Shown here: one piece after another, positions 49,977 through 58,501 of the stretch
How positions within the stretch are numbered: the stretch's first letter is position 1
Layout: each line of letters opens with the position of its first letter
DNA from: Candidatus Portnoybacteria bacterium
GTDB lineage: Bacteria > Patescibacteriota > Minisyncoccia > Portnoybacterales > GWB1-42-6
Assembly (NCBI GenBank): GCA_028688325.1
Contig: JAQTYI010000002.1
Span: 9,395 to 73,394 of the forward strand
Length of the DNA: 64,000 nt
Direction of reading: 5' to 3'
Position numbers and translations under genes: made by a program
Notes under the pieces: generated by a model
What the model saw: the letters and a program-made list of their open reading frames with translations, nothing else
Told to the model about the DNA's origin: nothing
Databases searched by the model: none

Positions 49977-50712
49977 TTATTTTATCCCAATCCAAATTGC
50001 TTTTTGAATAAAATAATTCGACTATATCTTCTGTCATCTCGTTTATTTTTTTAATATATAAATCCTTAAATGTCTCGTCTCGTTTTTTTGCCTCTTTATC
50101 AAGAGGTTGAACTATTTTTTTATATAATTCGTTATCGCCAGAAATTAACTCCCAAAATTTTTGACCGCAAATTTTATAATAACTAAGGGCAGGATCTTTA
50201 CTAACCTTATGAGGACTGTTGTCCCTTCCATACATACATCCATTAACGGCAATAATTGTTTTTTTGTCTGCGCCCACACGAATCTCTTTTTTTGCTAATT
50301 TAAAATTTCTTCTCATTATATTAACTTGGTCGCTATTGCCCCAATTTGGCCCAGATTTAATACCAACAATATAAAATTTATTTTCTCTTTCAAAAATTAA
50401 ATCAATACTTTTATATTTTCCTTCTTCTGCTTTTTTACCATTAAATATCTGGCGGCAAATATGGATCGCAAGATTTTCCATAAGGTCTCCGAATATGGTT
50501 TCTTCCTGAGATGACAAAAAGGCATCCAGAATAGCTTTTGCCAAATCACCCGCGGTCTCAATATTTTTTGCTTTAAAAAGATAGGGATTTTTTCTCGCAA
50601 ATATACTTGATAAATTAGCTGATTCCAGACGATCTAGCCTGATTTTATAAAATGGCCGTATAATATCAAGGGCAATAAAAGAATTTAATTTATTGTAATC
50701 AATTTTTTTCAT
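49945..50712 (-). CDS. Putative type II restriction endonuclease
   Basis: 255-aa AT-rich gene overlapping by 4 nt the stop of the adjacent DNA methyltransferase. Confidence 0.45.
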   Translation of the reverse strand: MKKIDYNKLNSFIALDIIRPFYKIRLDRLESANLSSIFARKNPYLFKAKNIETAGDLAKAILDAFLSSQEETIFGDLMENLAIHICRQIFNGKKAEEGKYKSIDLIFERENKFYIVGIKSGPNWGNSDQVNIMRRNFKLAKKEIRVGADKKTIIAVNGCMYGRDNSPHKVSKDPALSYYKICGQKFWELISGDNELYKKIVQPLDKEAKKRDETFKDLYIKKINEMTEDIVELFYSKSNLDWDKIIEYVSKAKNV

Positions 50713-51602
50713 AATTTATTTCTGTTTAATTCATTAAGGTTTTGAATTGCAAGATTATAATATTCCTCTTTAATTTCAATCCCGATTGAATTGCGGTCTA
50801 ATTGAAAAGCGGCAACTGATGTTGTGCCAGAGCCCAAAAAAGGGTCCAATACTGTATCACCCGGTTTAGTAAATAGTTTAATAAACCAGGATGGGAGTTC
50901 TCTTGGAAATACTGCGCTATGCTCTTTATTTGATGTTTCGGTAGCCATAGTTAAAACATTTGTAGGATATGCCATATCTCTGCCTACCCATTTTGAAACA
51001 TTTTTACCAAAACCGCTTCCCACCCTTGAATTATCTCGTTTTTTATCTGTCTCGCTAAGATTTTTAAGCCGAGTTTTAGCCCAGTCGCCCATAGGAACCA
51101 TCACTCCGTCTTGATACATGTTAAAATCTTTTTGTTTATTAAATTGCAATAAACGCTCCCAGGCATCACGAAATCTATTTGGCCACTTTCCTGGAAAACA
51201 ATTTTTTTTATGCCATATAAATTCTTCCGTCCAAAGCCAACCTTGCTTCCTCATTTCCATTATCAATTCCATTACATATGTATGCCTTTCGCTTTCAACA
51301 ACTTTTTCCTTAATATTTAAAATAAAAGTCCCCTTTGGGCTTAAAACGCGTAAAAATTCCTCTGTTTTTGGTAGAAACCATTTTACATAATCATCAGGAT
51401 TGATACCCCCGTAGGTGCCTTTTCTTTGGTCGGCATACGGTGGAGATGTAATTATTAAATCAATACTACCGTCAGAAAAACTTTTCAATGTTTTATAACA
51501 ATCACCAAGCACTATATCAGCCCTAATTTTTTCTTTAAGGTTTTGGGTAAATAAATTTAATTTTTCTACGGTTTTAATTGTCATAGTCATTTCCTTAATC
51601 AA
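50709..51602 (-). CDS. DNA methyltransferase (beta-class N4-cytosine/N6-adenine, SPPY)
   Basis: Motif IV DLIITSPPYA in the N-terminus and motif I DPFLGSGTT in the C-terminus (circularly permuted beta-class arrangement). Confidence 0.8.
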   Translation of the reverse strand: MIKEMTMTIKTVEKLNLFTQNLKEKIRADIVLGDCYKTLKSFSDGSIDLIITSPPYADQRKGTYGGINPDDYVKWFLPKTEEFLRVLSPKGTFILNIKEKVVESERHTYVMELIMEMRKQGWLWTEEFIWHKKNCFPGKWPNRFRDAWERLLQFNKQKDFNMYQDGVMVPMGDWAKTRLKNLSETDKKRDNSRVGSGFGKNVSKWVGRDMAYPTNVLTMATETSNKEHSAVFPRELPSWFIKLFTKPGDTVLDPFLGSGTTSVAAFQLDRNSIGIEIKEEYYNLAIQNLNELNRNKL

Positions 51603-51610
51603 ACAAAAAC

Positions 51611-52702
51611 CTATTCTCCCAATCCCGCGTAGATCACTTGGGGATTTTGCGGGTCGATGGCGATAGCGTTAACCGTTTTGACGCTGTTTATGGGATGCAG
51701 CGTCCAGGTCTGGCCGTTATCCTGCGTGCGGTAAACAACATTGCCGGCCGCGTAATACAAGAAAAAAGAAGTAACCGGATCCAGCGCTATGGCGCTCACT
51801 GAAACGGAGGAAGGCGGTATCGCGATATTAACCCTCTGCCACGATTGTCCGGTGTCGGTGCTTTTTAAAAGCCCCGATTTTGAGCCGACATACAAAACTT
51901 CGGGGTTTTTATTATCCATAACCAAAACTTGCATTTCTTGCATTTCGCCGGGAAAATTTTTCAAGTTCTCCAGCGCCTGCCAAGTATTTCCCTTGTCATT
52001 AGTTTTATAAACGCCTTTATCGTAAGTGCTGACAAAAACGGTCCGGGTATCGTGGGGATTGACCTTGATGTCGGTTATGACATCGTCAAACCATTTAATA
52101 ACTTTCCAGCTTTTGCCGTAATCGGTGCTCTTTAAAAATCCGCCTTCGGCCGTGCCCATATAAACGACCGACGGGTCGTAGGAATCGATTTCCACCGCGA
52201 AGACCGCGTATTGTTCGCGGGACACTCGATAAACCTCCTGCCAACTTTTGCCCGCGTCGCCCGATCTTAGCAAGCGGCCAAGTTTGTTTTGATAAATGCC
52301 GGCATACAGGATATTTGTGTCCCTTGGATCAATGGCTATATCATAAACATTGGCCCGCTTATCAAACACCGAATTCATGTCATCCAGATGATACCAGATA
52401 TCTCCGCCGTCGCTTGATTTATAAATTCCCTCTCCCCTGGTACCGGCATAAACGATATTTGGGGTTCTGGGATCCAGCGTGATGAACGAAATGTTGGAAG
52501 CGGAAATATTCTGGTTTTTGGAAATAGTTGTTTTTTGCTCCCAGGTTTCGCCCCTGTTAAGCGAGCGCCAAACCCCGCCGTCCCGCGCCGTTGAGCAATC
52601 AAAAGGAAAAGCCGCCAGAATGCCGGTGAAGAAGACAGGAAGAATCATAACAAATAAAGTATTTTTTAATTTTGGCATCTTCTTTAAATTATCGTTTACC
52701 AC
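51611..52702 (-). CDS. BNR/Asp-box repeat beta-propeller protein (Ycf48/sialidase-like)
   Basis: At least six SxDxGxTW-type repeats (SDGGDIW, GDAGKSW, TDYGKSW, NDKGNTW, TDTGQSW, QDNGQTW). N-terminal signal anchor. Confidence 0.7.
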   Translation of the reverse strand: MVNDNLKKMPKLKNTLFVMILPVFFTGILAAFPFDCSTARDGGVWRSLNRGETWEQKTTISKNQNISASNISFITLDPRTPNIVYAGTRGEGIYKSSDGGDIWYHLDDMNSVFDKRANVYDIAIDPRDTNILYAGIYQNKLGRLLRSGDAGKSWQEVYRVSREQYAVFAVEIDSYDPSVVYMGTAEGGFLKSTDYGKSWKVIKWFDDVITDIKVNPHDTRTVFVSTYDKGVYKTNDKGNTWQALENLKNFPGEMQEMQVLVMDNKNPEVLYVGSKSGLLKSTDTGQSWQRVNIAIPPSSVSVSAIALDPVTSFFLYYAAGNVVYRTQDNGQTWTLHPINSVKTVNAIAIDPQNPQVIYAGLGE

Positions 52703-52720
52703 AGTCCTTGATTATAGCTG

Positions 52721-53083
52721 TTAGCTGTTAGGAAATTCTAACTTTTTAATTATCGTTGACAGCATTTTTTGAACCTCATCAAATAAAATATCGGCTCTTG
52801 AAAAATCTAATTTTATGAATAAATCTTTAGCTATAATAATTTGTGTTTCCAGCTCTGCCACAGAACCGTCTGTTATTCTTAAAAATTGCACAAAATCTTT
52901 TTTTGTTTTTCTCTTCTTACCTTCTGCTATGTTTGACGGGATAGAAACGGCTGCTCGCCTCATCTGACTTGTTAAACCATATAACTCTGAACTGGGAAAA
53001 AGCCCGGTAATTTTATAGGTTTCTTTTACTAATCCTATCGCTTTCTGCCAAACTATCAGTTGTTTAAACGATTCGATATACAT
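52721..53083 (-). CDS. Four-helix-bundle protein, 23S-rRNA-IVS protein family (Avd paralog)
   Basis: 120 aa with the TIGR02436-like pattern (SQMRRAAVSIPSNIAEG … FLRITDGSVAELETQIIIAKDL). Flanked by 17-bp inverted repeats. Confidence 0.75.
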   Translation of the reverse strand: MYIESFKQLIVWQKAIGLVKETYKITGLFPSSELYGLTSQMRRAAVSIPSNIAEGKKRKTKKDFVQFLRITDGSVAELETQIIIAKDLFIKLDFSRADILFDEVQKMLSTIIKKLEFPNS

Positions 53084-53118
53084 AACTAAAAGCTAACAGC
53101 TATCAGCTAAAAGCTCCC

Positions 53119-54108
53119 CTAAATTTTCGTCATTAAAACCTCCAGCGCCAGCCGCGCGTTAAAGCTCGGATTGTGCAAAATCGACTGGGTTTTTTGTATC
53201 TCGCGGCATATGCTAAGCAAATTGCCCGGGTGATATCCGCCTGCGGAAGTTCCACTCGTCCGACCGCTAACAGCCAGATCGGCGCAACCGCTGATTTCTA
53301 AAATTCTGTCCCTGAGACACAACACCCACTGATCCAGCGTTTCCCGCGCTTCAACGGTATTCTGTGCTAACTTTGCGGCCTGTTCCAAGCGCCAAACCAA
53401 CGGCGCTTTCAATATTTTTTCAAAAATTTCTATACTCCTTTCCTGCTCCGCCAGGCGTTCCGGCTCCCGTAATAATTGGATGGCGAGTCCCGGCCTGCCG
53501 GCGGATAATTTTATAGCCCGCTTGAAATCCGCTTCTTTTTTTGACAGACCTCCGAGCTTGGCCGACATTTCAATTTCGGGCACCGGCAAAAATTTTATCA
53601 GTTGGCAGCGCGAAACGATTGTCGGCAAGGCCGCCTGCCAAGATGAGCTTATCAAAATTATCAAACTGCGCGGGCTCGGCTCTTCCAGCGTCTTTAATAA
53701 AGCATTCGTTGCCTCGCCGCTTAAAGCCGCCGCCTCTTCGATTATGGCAATTTTATGCGAAGCGCCGTAAGCGGATAAACTTAACTTATGCTGCAAGGCG
53801 CGAATTTCGGCAATGCCGATTTCCTTATTTTTTAAAATATCATCTTTATCCGTTTGCTTGGCCGACAAAATAAGCATATCCGGATTTTGACCGCGCTCAA
53901 CCGACAAACACGATTTGCATTTGCCACAAGGTTCGGTAGGGCTTGTCCTGAGCTTTGTCGAAGGACAAAAAAGCCACTTAGCAAATTCCAGCGCGGTTGT
54001 TAGCTTGCCGACCTGCGCCGAGCCGACGAAAAAATAAGCATGCGCCAATCTATCCTGCTTGGCGGATCCGGTCAAAAAATCCCAAATTCGCTGATGGCCG
54101 ATAAGCAT
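53119..54108 (-). CDS. holB: DNA polymerase III subunit delta'
   Basis: AAA+ clamp-loader fold with degenerate P-loop GSAQVGKLT, CxxC zinc module, SRC-like motif. Confidence 0.8.
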   Translation of the reverse strand: MLIGHQRIWDFLTGSAKQDRLAHAYFFVGSAQVGKLTTALEFAKWLFCPSTKLRTSPTEPCGKCKSCLSVERGQNPDMLILSAKQTDKDDILKNKEIGIAEIRALQHKLSLSAYGASHKIAIIEEAAALSGEATNALLKTLEEPSPRSLIILISSSWQAALPTIVSRCQLIKFLPVPEIEMSAKLGGLSKKEADFKRAIKLSAGRPGLAIQLLREPERLAEQERSIEIFEKILKAPLVWRLEQAAKLAQNTVEARETLDQWVLCLRDRILEISGCADLAVSGRTSGTSAGGYHPGNLLSICREIQKTQSILHNPSFNARLALEVLMTKI

Positions 54109-54303
54109 AAAATAAATTACAACAATCCGCCTCGCGTATACAGAGAATCTTCTTCAGATCAAAAGCGAGGGGGTATTTTCTGAAACGCTCAGTTTTGCGA
54201 GCGGGCACGGTTTCGCCTTTAGGCGAAGAGCGAACAAAACTGGCGAATAAAATTTCCTGGCTGGGGAAATTTTATGATTTCAGAAAATATTTCCGAGCTT
54301 ATT

Positions 54304-55422
54304 TTAATTATACCGCACCTTCTCAATAAACTCCATTATCTCCCGCCTGAACCTTTCCTCCGAGAATTTCTCCGCCCATTTACGAATAACCAAGGGGCTG
54401 TAATTTTTATAATTCTCACGCAAGCGGCGCACTCCGTCAGCCAGAACTTCCGGCGTTGCCTCATTAAAAAGCTCCCCGGTCATGGACGGCAAAACGGTTT
54501 CTTGCGCTCCGCCGGCGTTCAATGCCAGCACCGGCTTGCCATAACCCATGGCCTCAACCGGCGCGATGCCGAAATCATCTTCGCCCGGAAAAACAAAAGC
54601 ATAGCAATTCTTATAATATTCGGCTGTTTCTTTATCGCTGCGCCAGCCCAGAATACTGATATTCTCTTTAGCGATGCTTCGCAAATATTCTTCCTGCGGG
54701 CCCTCGCCGATTATCACCAAGGGCAAGCCGAGCTTATTGAACGCCTCAATAGCCACATCCACTTTTTTATACGGCGTGAGCTGAGAAACTATAAGAAAAT
54801 ATTCTTCGCCTTCTTCCACTGTCTCGTTTTTGGCAAGCAAAAATTCCGTGTCGGGCAGATATACGGGCGGATAGATGACTTTGGCCGTCTGGCGGTAGAA
54901 CTTCTGAATGCGCCCGGCCGTGGCCCGGGAGTTGGCAATAAAAGCGTCCACCCGTTGGCCTGCCGCCCTGTCCCATAAGCGTAAATAGCTTATGGCAAGT
55001 TTGGCAAAAAGTTGGCGCAGCCCGCCCACTTTTTGCTGACCCAGATATTCGTGGGAATAATCCCATAAAAACCGTGCGGGGTTATGGCAATAATTTATAT
55101 GGACCGTTTTGGGGCGGGTGATTACTCCTTTGGCAAAAGCCGAAGAAGAAGATATGACAAGGTCAAAGTCGCGCAGATCAAAGGTCTCGGGCGCCACCGG
55201 CAAAAAAGGCAGGAGATACTTGGGCCGCGACCTCAGCCATTTAGGAAATTTTTGCAAAAAAGAAACGCGCACGCGCCCGACCGGAAAATATCCGCCCATC
55301 TTGGCTTCATCGTATAAAAAAGTATAGATCGGCGCTTCAGGAAACATTTCCGCCAATTCCAAAAGCACCCTCTCCGCCCCTCCAAATCTTGTTAGATAAT
55401 CATGGACCAATGCTACCTTCAT
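54304..55422 (-). CDS. GT4-family glycosyltransferase
   Basis: C-terminal E-x7-E region (FVFPGEDDFGIAPVEAMGYGKPV). Start trimmed to MKVALVHDY; upstream codons derive from a repeat. Confidence 0.8.
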   Translation of the reverse strand: MKVALVHDYLTRFGGAERVLLELAEMFPEAPIYTFLYDEAKMGGYFPVGRVRVSFLQKFPKWLRSRPKYLLPFLPVAPETFDLRDFDLVISSSSAFAKGVITRPKTVHINYCHNPARFLWDYSHEYLGQQKVGGLRQLFAKLAISYLRLWDRAAGQRVDAFIANSRATAGRIQKFYRQTAKVIYPPVYLPDTEFLLAKNETVEEGEEYFLIVSQLTPYKKVDVAIEAFNKLGLPLVIIGEGPQEEYLRSIAKENISILGWRSDKETAEYYKNCYAFVFPGEDDFGIAPVEAMGYGKPVLALNAGGAQETVLPSMTGELFNEATPEVLADGVRRLRENYKNYSPLVIRKWAEKFSEERFRREIMEFIEKVRYN

Positions 55423-55469
55423 TTCATTAAGTTTTGTATTACTATTCCGCGCATGCGAAAAATGACAAT

Positions 55470-55600
55470 TTATTGTCATCCCGAACGAAGTGAGGAATCT
55501 CTGGCTAATGCCAGACCCGTTGCGCGGATCTCCGCCTGATGGCGGATCCCGCGAGATCCCTCGCTACGCTCGGGACGACACTTCGTGTCGATTTTATCGT
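55470..55600. repeat. Palindromic dispersed repeat (gtcatcccgaacgaagtgagg … ctcgggacgacacttcgt)
   Basis: Homologous to 58385-58500; partial copy at 56024-56080. Confidence 0.6.
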
Positions 55601-55676
55601 CGCGCGGCGGTTTTTCTGGTTCTCTGGCGTCCACCCCGTAATTTATACGGGGCCCGGGCAAAAGAGAACGAAAATA

Positions 55677-56927
55677 TCAACTTATCAGTATCTTTAGCGT
55701 TTCCCTCGCGCATTTATCCCAGCTAAACCTCTTAACATTCTCATAACCCAATTGTATCAGTTTATCACGCAATGCCTTATCGTCAATTATCTGTTTGGCC
55801 GCCTCGGCGATTTGGGCGGGATTTTGGGGATTAACGAACAATGCCCCGCTGCCGGCAATTTCCGGCAAACAAGAACCATACGAAGTTATCACAGACACGC
55901 TCGCGGCCTGGGCTTCAAGCACGGGTAGTCCGAATCCTTCGTAAAAGGAAGGGAACAGAAAAACGGCCGCGTTAGAAAGTAATTGCCATTTTGCATCTTC
56001 AGATATATAACCAAGTTCGACTATTTTGTCATCCCGAACTTGTTTCGGGATCCCGCGAGATGCCGAAATAAATTCGGCATGGCAATTATTAAATTTCTCT
56101 ATCTCTTTTTTTAAATTTTTGTAACCATAGCCGGGCGCACCTGCCAAGACAAGTCGGTGCGGCGCGCCATATTCTTCTTTCAAAATCTTATACGCCTCCA
56201 AAATTCCTTGAATATTTTTTTTGGTTTCAATACGGCCGATATATAATAAATATGGTTCAAATAACTCCCCCTTACCCCCTCTTAATTTAAGAGGGGGTGG
56301 TTCTCCCTCCTTTTGCAAAGAAGGACTGGGGTGGTTTTCTCCTCCACTTAGATTAAGGGGAGGTTGGGAGGGGTTAGAAAAAGTCACTCCATGATGCACC
56401 ACGCTGATTTTCTCCGCTTCGCCGCCATATAATTTTACCAAGTCCCGCTTCGTGTTTTCCGATATCGCGATAATTTTTTTAGCGCGCTTGAACGCGTGTT
56501 TTGTACTCCAACGCAAATACATTCTGCGCCAAAACGAATAATACTGCGGGAAATGCTCATATTCCAAACCGTGCAGCGCCACTACGGAATTTGGCGGCGC
56601 GCCGAAGGGCAGAATATGAACGGGAATAAACAGCGTATCTGGTTTGTGCCGCCATACTTCCCAAGCCAACCGGATTTGCGTCCATAAAAACGGCAACGGC
56701 CAGCGCAGAATTTTTATTTCAAAATTAGGAGGCAATAGAAAATCGAAATATTTTTTATTCGTGTCATTCGCGCTAATTCGTGTATCGGTGTCGGGTAAAT
56801 ATAACAAAAACCGATGCTCGCGGGCCTCCGGAAGCATCGTTAAATGTTTTATCAGCTGATACGCATATTCTTCAACACCCGTGCGCGGCTGTTTTATCGC
56901 CGCCGCGGCATTAATGCCAATAATCAT
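55677..56927 (-). CDS. GT4-family glycosyltransferase carrying two in-frame repeat-derived insertions
   Basis: GT4 C-terminal domain (FLFPSFYEGFGLPVLEAQAASVSVI). Extra segments NCHAEFISASRGIPKQVRDDK and …GGENHPSPSLQKEGEPPPLKLRGGKGE coincide with palindromic repeats at 56024-56080 and 56270-56390. Confidence 0.75.
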   Translation of the reverse strand: MIIGINAAAAIKQPRTGVEEYAYQLIKHLTMLPEAREHRFLLYLPDTDTRISANDTNKKYFDFLLPPNFEIKILRWPLPFLWTQIRLAWEVWRHKPDTLFIPVHILPFGAPPNSVVALHGLEYEHFPQYYSFWRRMYLRWSTKHAFKRAKKIIAISENTKRDLVKLYGGEAEKISVVHHGVTFSNPSQPPLNLSGGENHPSPSLQKEGEPPPLKLRGGKGELFEPYLLYIGRIETKKNIQGILEAYKILKEEYGAPHRLVLAGAPGYGYKNLKKEIEKFNNCHAEFISASRGIPKQVRDDKIVELGYISEDAKWQLLSNAAVFLFPSFYEGFGLPVLEAQAASVSVITSYGSCLPEIAGSGALFVNPQNPAQIAEAAKQIIDDKALRDKLIQLGYENVKRFSWDKCARETLKILIS

Positions 56928-57319
56928 AAAGAATTGAAATATAAATCACAAAATTCCTTAACTCTTTTTCTCTGCTCTTCTATGTGTGCGTTTTTATAAT
57001 TATATCCCTTCAATTCGTTCAATAGGTGTCGTCCAATTTCTTTTATAGTCGCTCCTTCTTTTTCTTTTCTCTCTTTTTTTGTATGAATGTCTTTGTGTCT
57101 AATATCTACTATTATATTCTGTCTTCTTTCTCGTAAATATTTTATTGCTTCTCCAACTTTAAAATCCGTTGACGATTTAAAACTCGCCCTGCAATAATCG
57201 CCAATTCTTCCCCATAAGCTGGAGCTTTCTCCTACATAAATAGGTATTTTCCTATTATCTTTCGCTGAATAAATAATATATACCGCGCTAATATCGTTAG
57301 GAAAATTAAATGTAAACAA
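56924..57319 (-). CDS. GIY-YIG-like small nuclease
   Basis: VYIIYS…IYVGESSSLWGRIGDY resembles GIY-YIG. Overlaps the GT4 start by 4 nt. Confidence 0.45.
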   Translation of the reverse strand: MFTFNFPNDISAVYIIYSAKDNRKIPIYVGESSSLWGRIGDYCRASFKSSTDFKVGEAIKYLRERRQNIIVDIRHKDIHTKKERKEKEGATIKEIGRHLLNELKGYNYKNAHIEEQRKRVKEFCDLYFNSL

Positions 57320-57334
57320 ATCTTTAAATTTTAT

Positions 57335-58348
57335 TTATTTTTTACTCATTATGCTCCTCTTGTAAACCTCCAAATGGTCCAGCGCCAAACCCGCGCCCTT
57401 GGCCACGCAAAGTTCTGGTTCATCGGCCCTGTAGCAGGGCACGCCAATCGCTTTTTCGATGAGTTCGGGCAAATTGCGTAACTTGGCGCTGCCGCCCGAC
57501 AATATCATTCCTCTGTCCATCACATCCGCGGAAAGTTCGGGCGGAGTATCTTGCAAGACCGCTTTCACCGTTTGGACAATTTCGCGCAGCTGCTCGGCGA
57601 TGGCCTCGGTTATTTCGTTGGTTTTTATTTCCACATTTTTGGGCAGGCCGGAAATCAGGTCGCGGCCGCGAACCTCAAAATATTGCTCTTCTTTGGGCGG
57701 CAAAGGCAGGGCCGAACCGATGGCGACTTTTATTTCTTCGGCTGTGCGCTCGCCGATGGCCAAGTTGTGTTTTTTCCTGACATATTCTGCAATGGCTTGG
57801 TCGATCTTGTTGCCGCCCACGCGCGCCGAAGCCCAGGCCACAATTCCGCCAAGAGAAATAACGGCCACTTCCGAAGTCCCCCCGCCGATATCAATTATCA
57901 TGTGGCCGGCCGGCTCATTGATGGGGATGCCCGCGCCGATGGCGGCCAGAACCGGTTCTTTCACGATATAGGCGGCCTTGGCGCCGGCATTCAGAGTAGC
58001 GTCAACGACCGCGCGCCGTTCCGTTGAGGTAATGCCCGCCGGAACTGCCACCATAACCTCGGGCCGGAATAAACGGAACGCGCCCGTGGTTTTATTGATG
58101 AAATAGCGCAGCATGGCCTCGGTCACCCGATAATCAGCTATCACGCCATCTTTCATGGGGCGCGATGCAACTATGGCTTCGGGGGTTCTCCCTAACATTT
58201 CTTTGGCTTCATTTCCCACCGCCAGTATCTTGTTGTCATCCAAAGATATCGCCACAACCGTGGGCTCGTTTATGACAACGCCTTTTCCCGGCACGAAAAC
58301 CAAAGTGTTGGCCGTGCCCAGGTCTATGCCGATTTTTTTAATAAACAT
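57335..58348 (-). CDS. MreB-like actin homolog (second paralog)
   Basis: GIDLGTANT, IDIGGGT, LSGGSA motifs. Start trimmed to MFIKKIG; upstream codons derive from a repeat. Confidence 0.85.
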   Translation of the reverse strand: MFIKKIGIDLGTANTLVFVPGKGVVINEPTVVAISLDDNKILAVGNEAKEMLGRTPEAIVASRPMKDGVIADYRVTEAMLRYFINKTTGAFRLFRPEVMVAVPAGITSTERRAVVDATLNAGAKAAYIVKEPVLAAIGAGIPINEPAGHMIIDIGGGTSEVAVISLGGIVAWASARVGGNKIDQAIAEYVRKKHNLAIGERTAEEIKVAIGSALPLPPKEEQYFEVRGRDLISGLPKNVEIKTNEITEAIAEQLREIVQTVKAVLQDTPPELSADVMDRGMILSGGSAKLRNLPELIEKAIGVPCYRADEPELCVAKGAGLALDHLEVYKRSIMSKK

Positions 58349-58384
58349 TTTTCTGTTAATTAAAACCAATTTATTCTTGCCATA

Positions 58385-58500
58385 CAACATCGTCATACCG
58401 AACGAAGTGAGTGATCCCTCGCGAATGCGAGATTGTCCGCCCATTCGGGCGAGATTCCTCGCTCCGCTCGGAATGACACATCGTCGCGCGGCAAAAGTAT
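58385..58500. repeat. Palindromic dispersed repeat copy
   Basis: cgtcataccgaacgaagtgagtgatccctcgc … ctcgctccgctcggaatgacacatcgtcgcg. Confidence 0.6.
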
Positions 58501-58501
58501 T

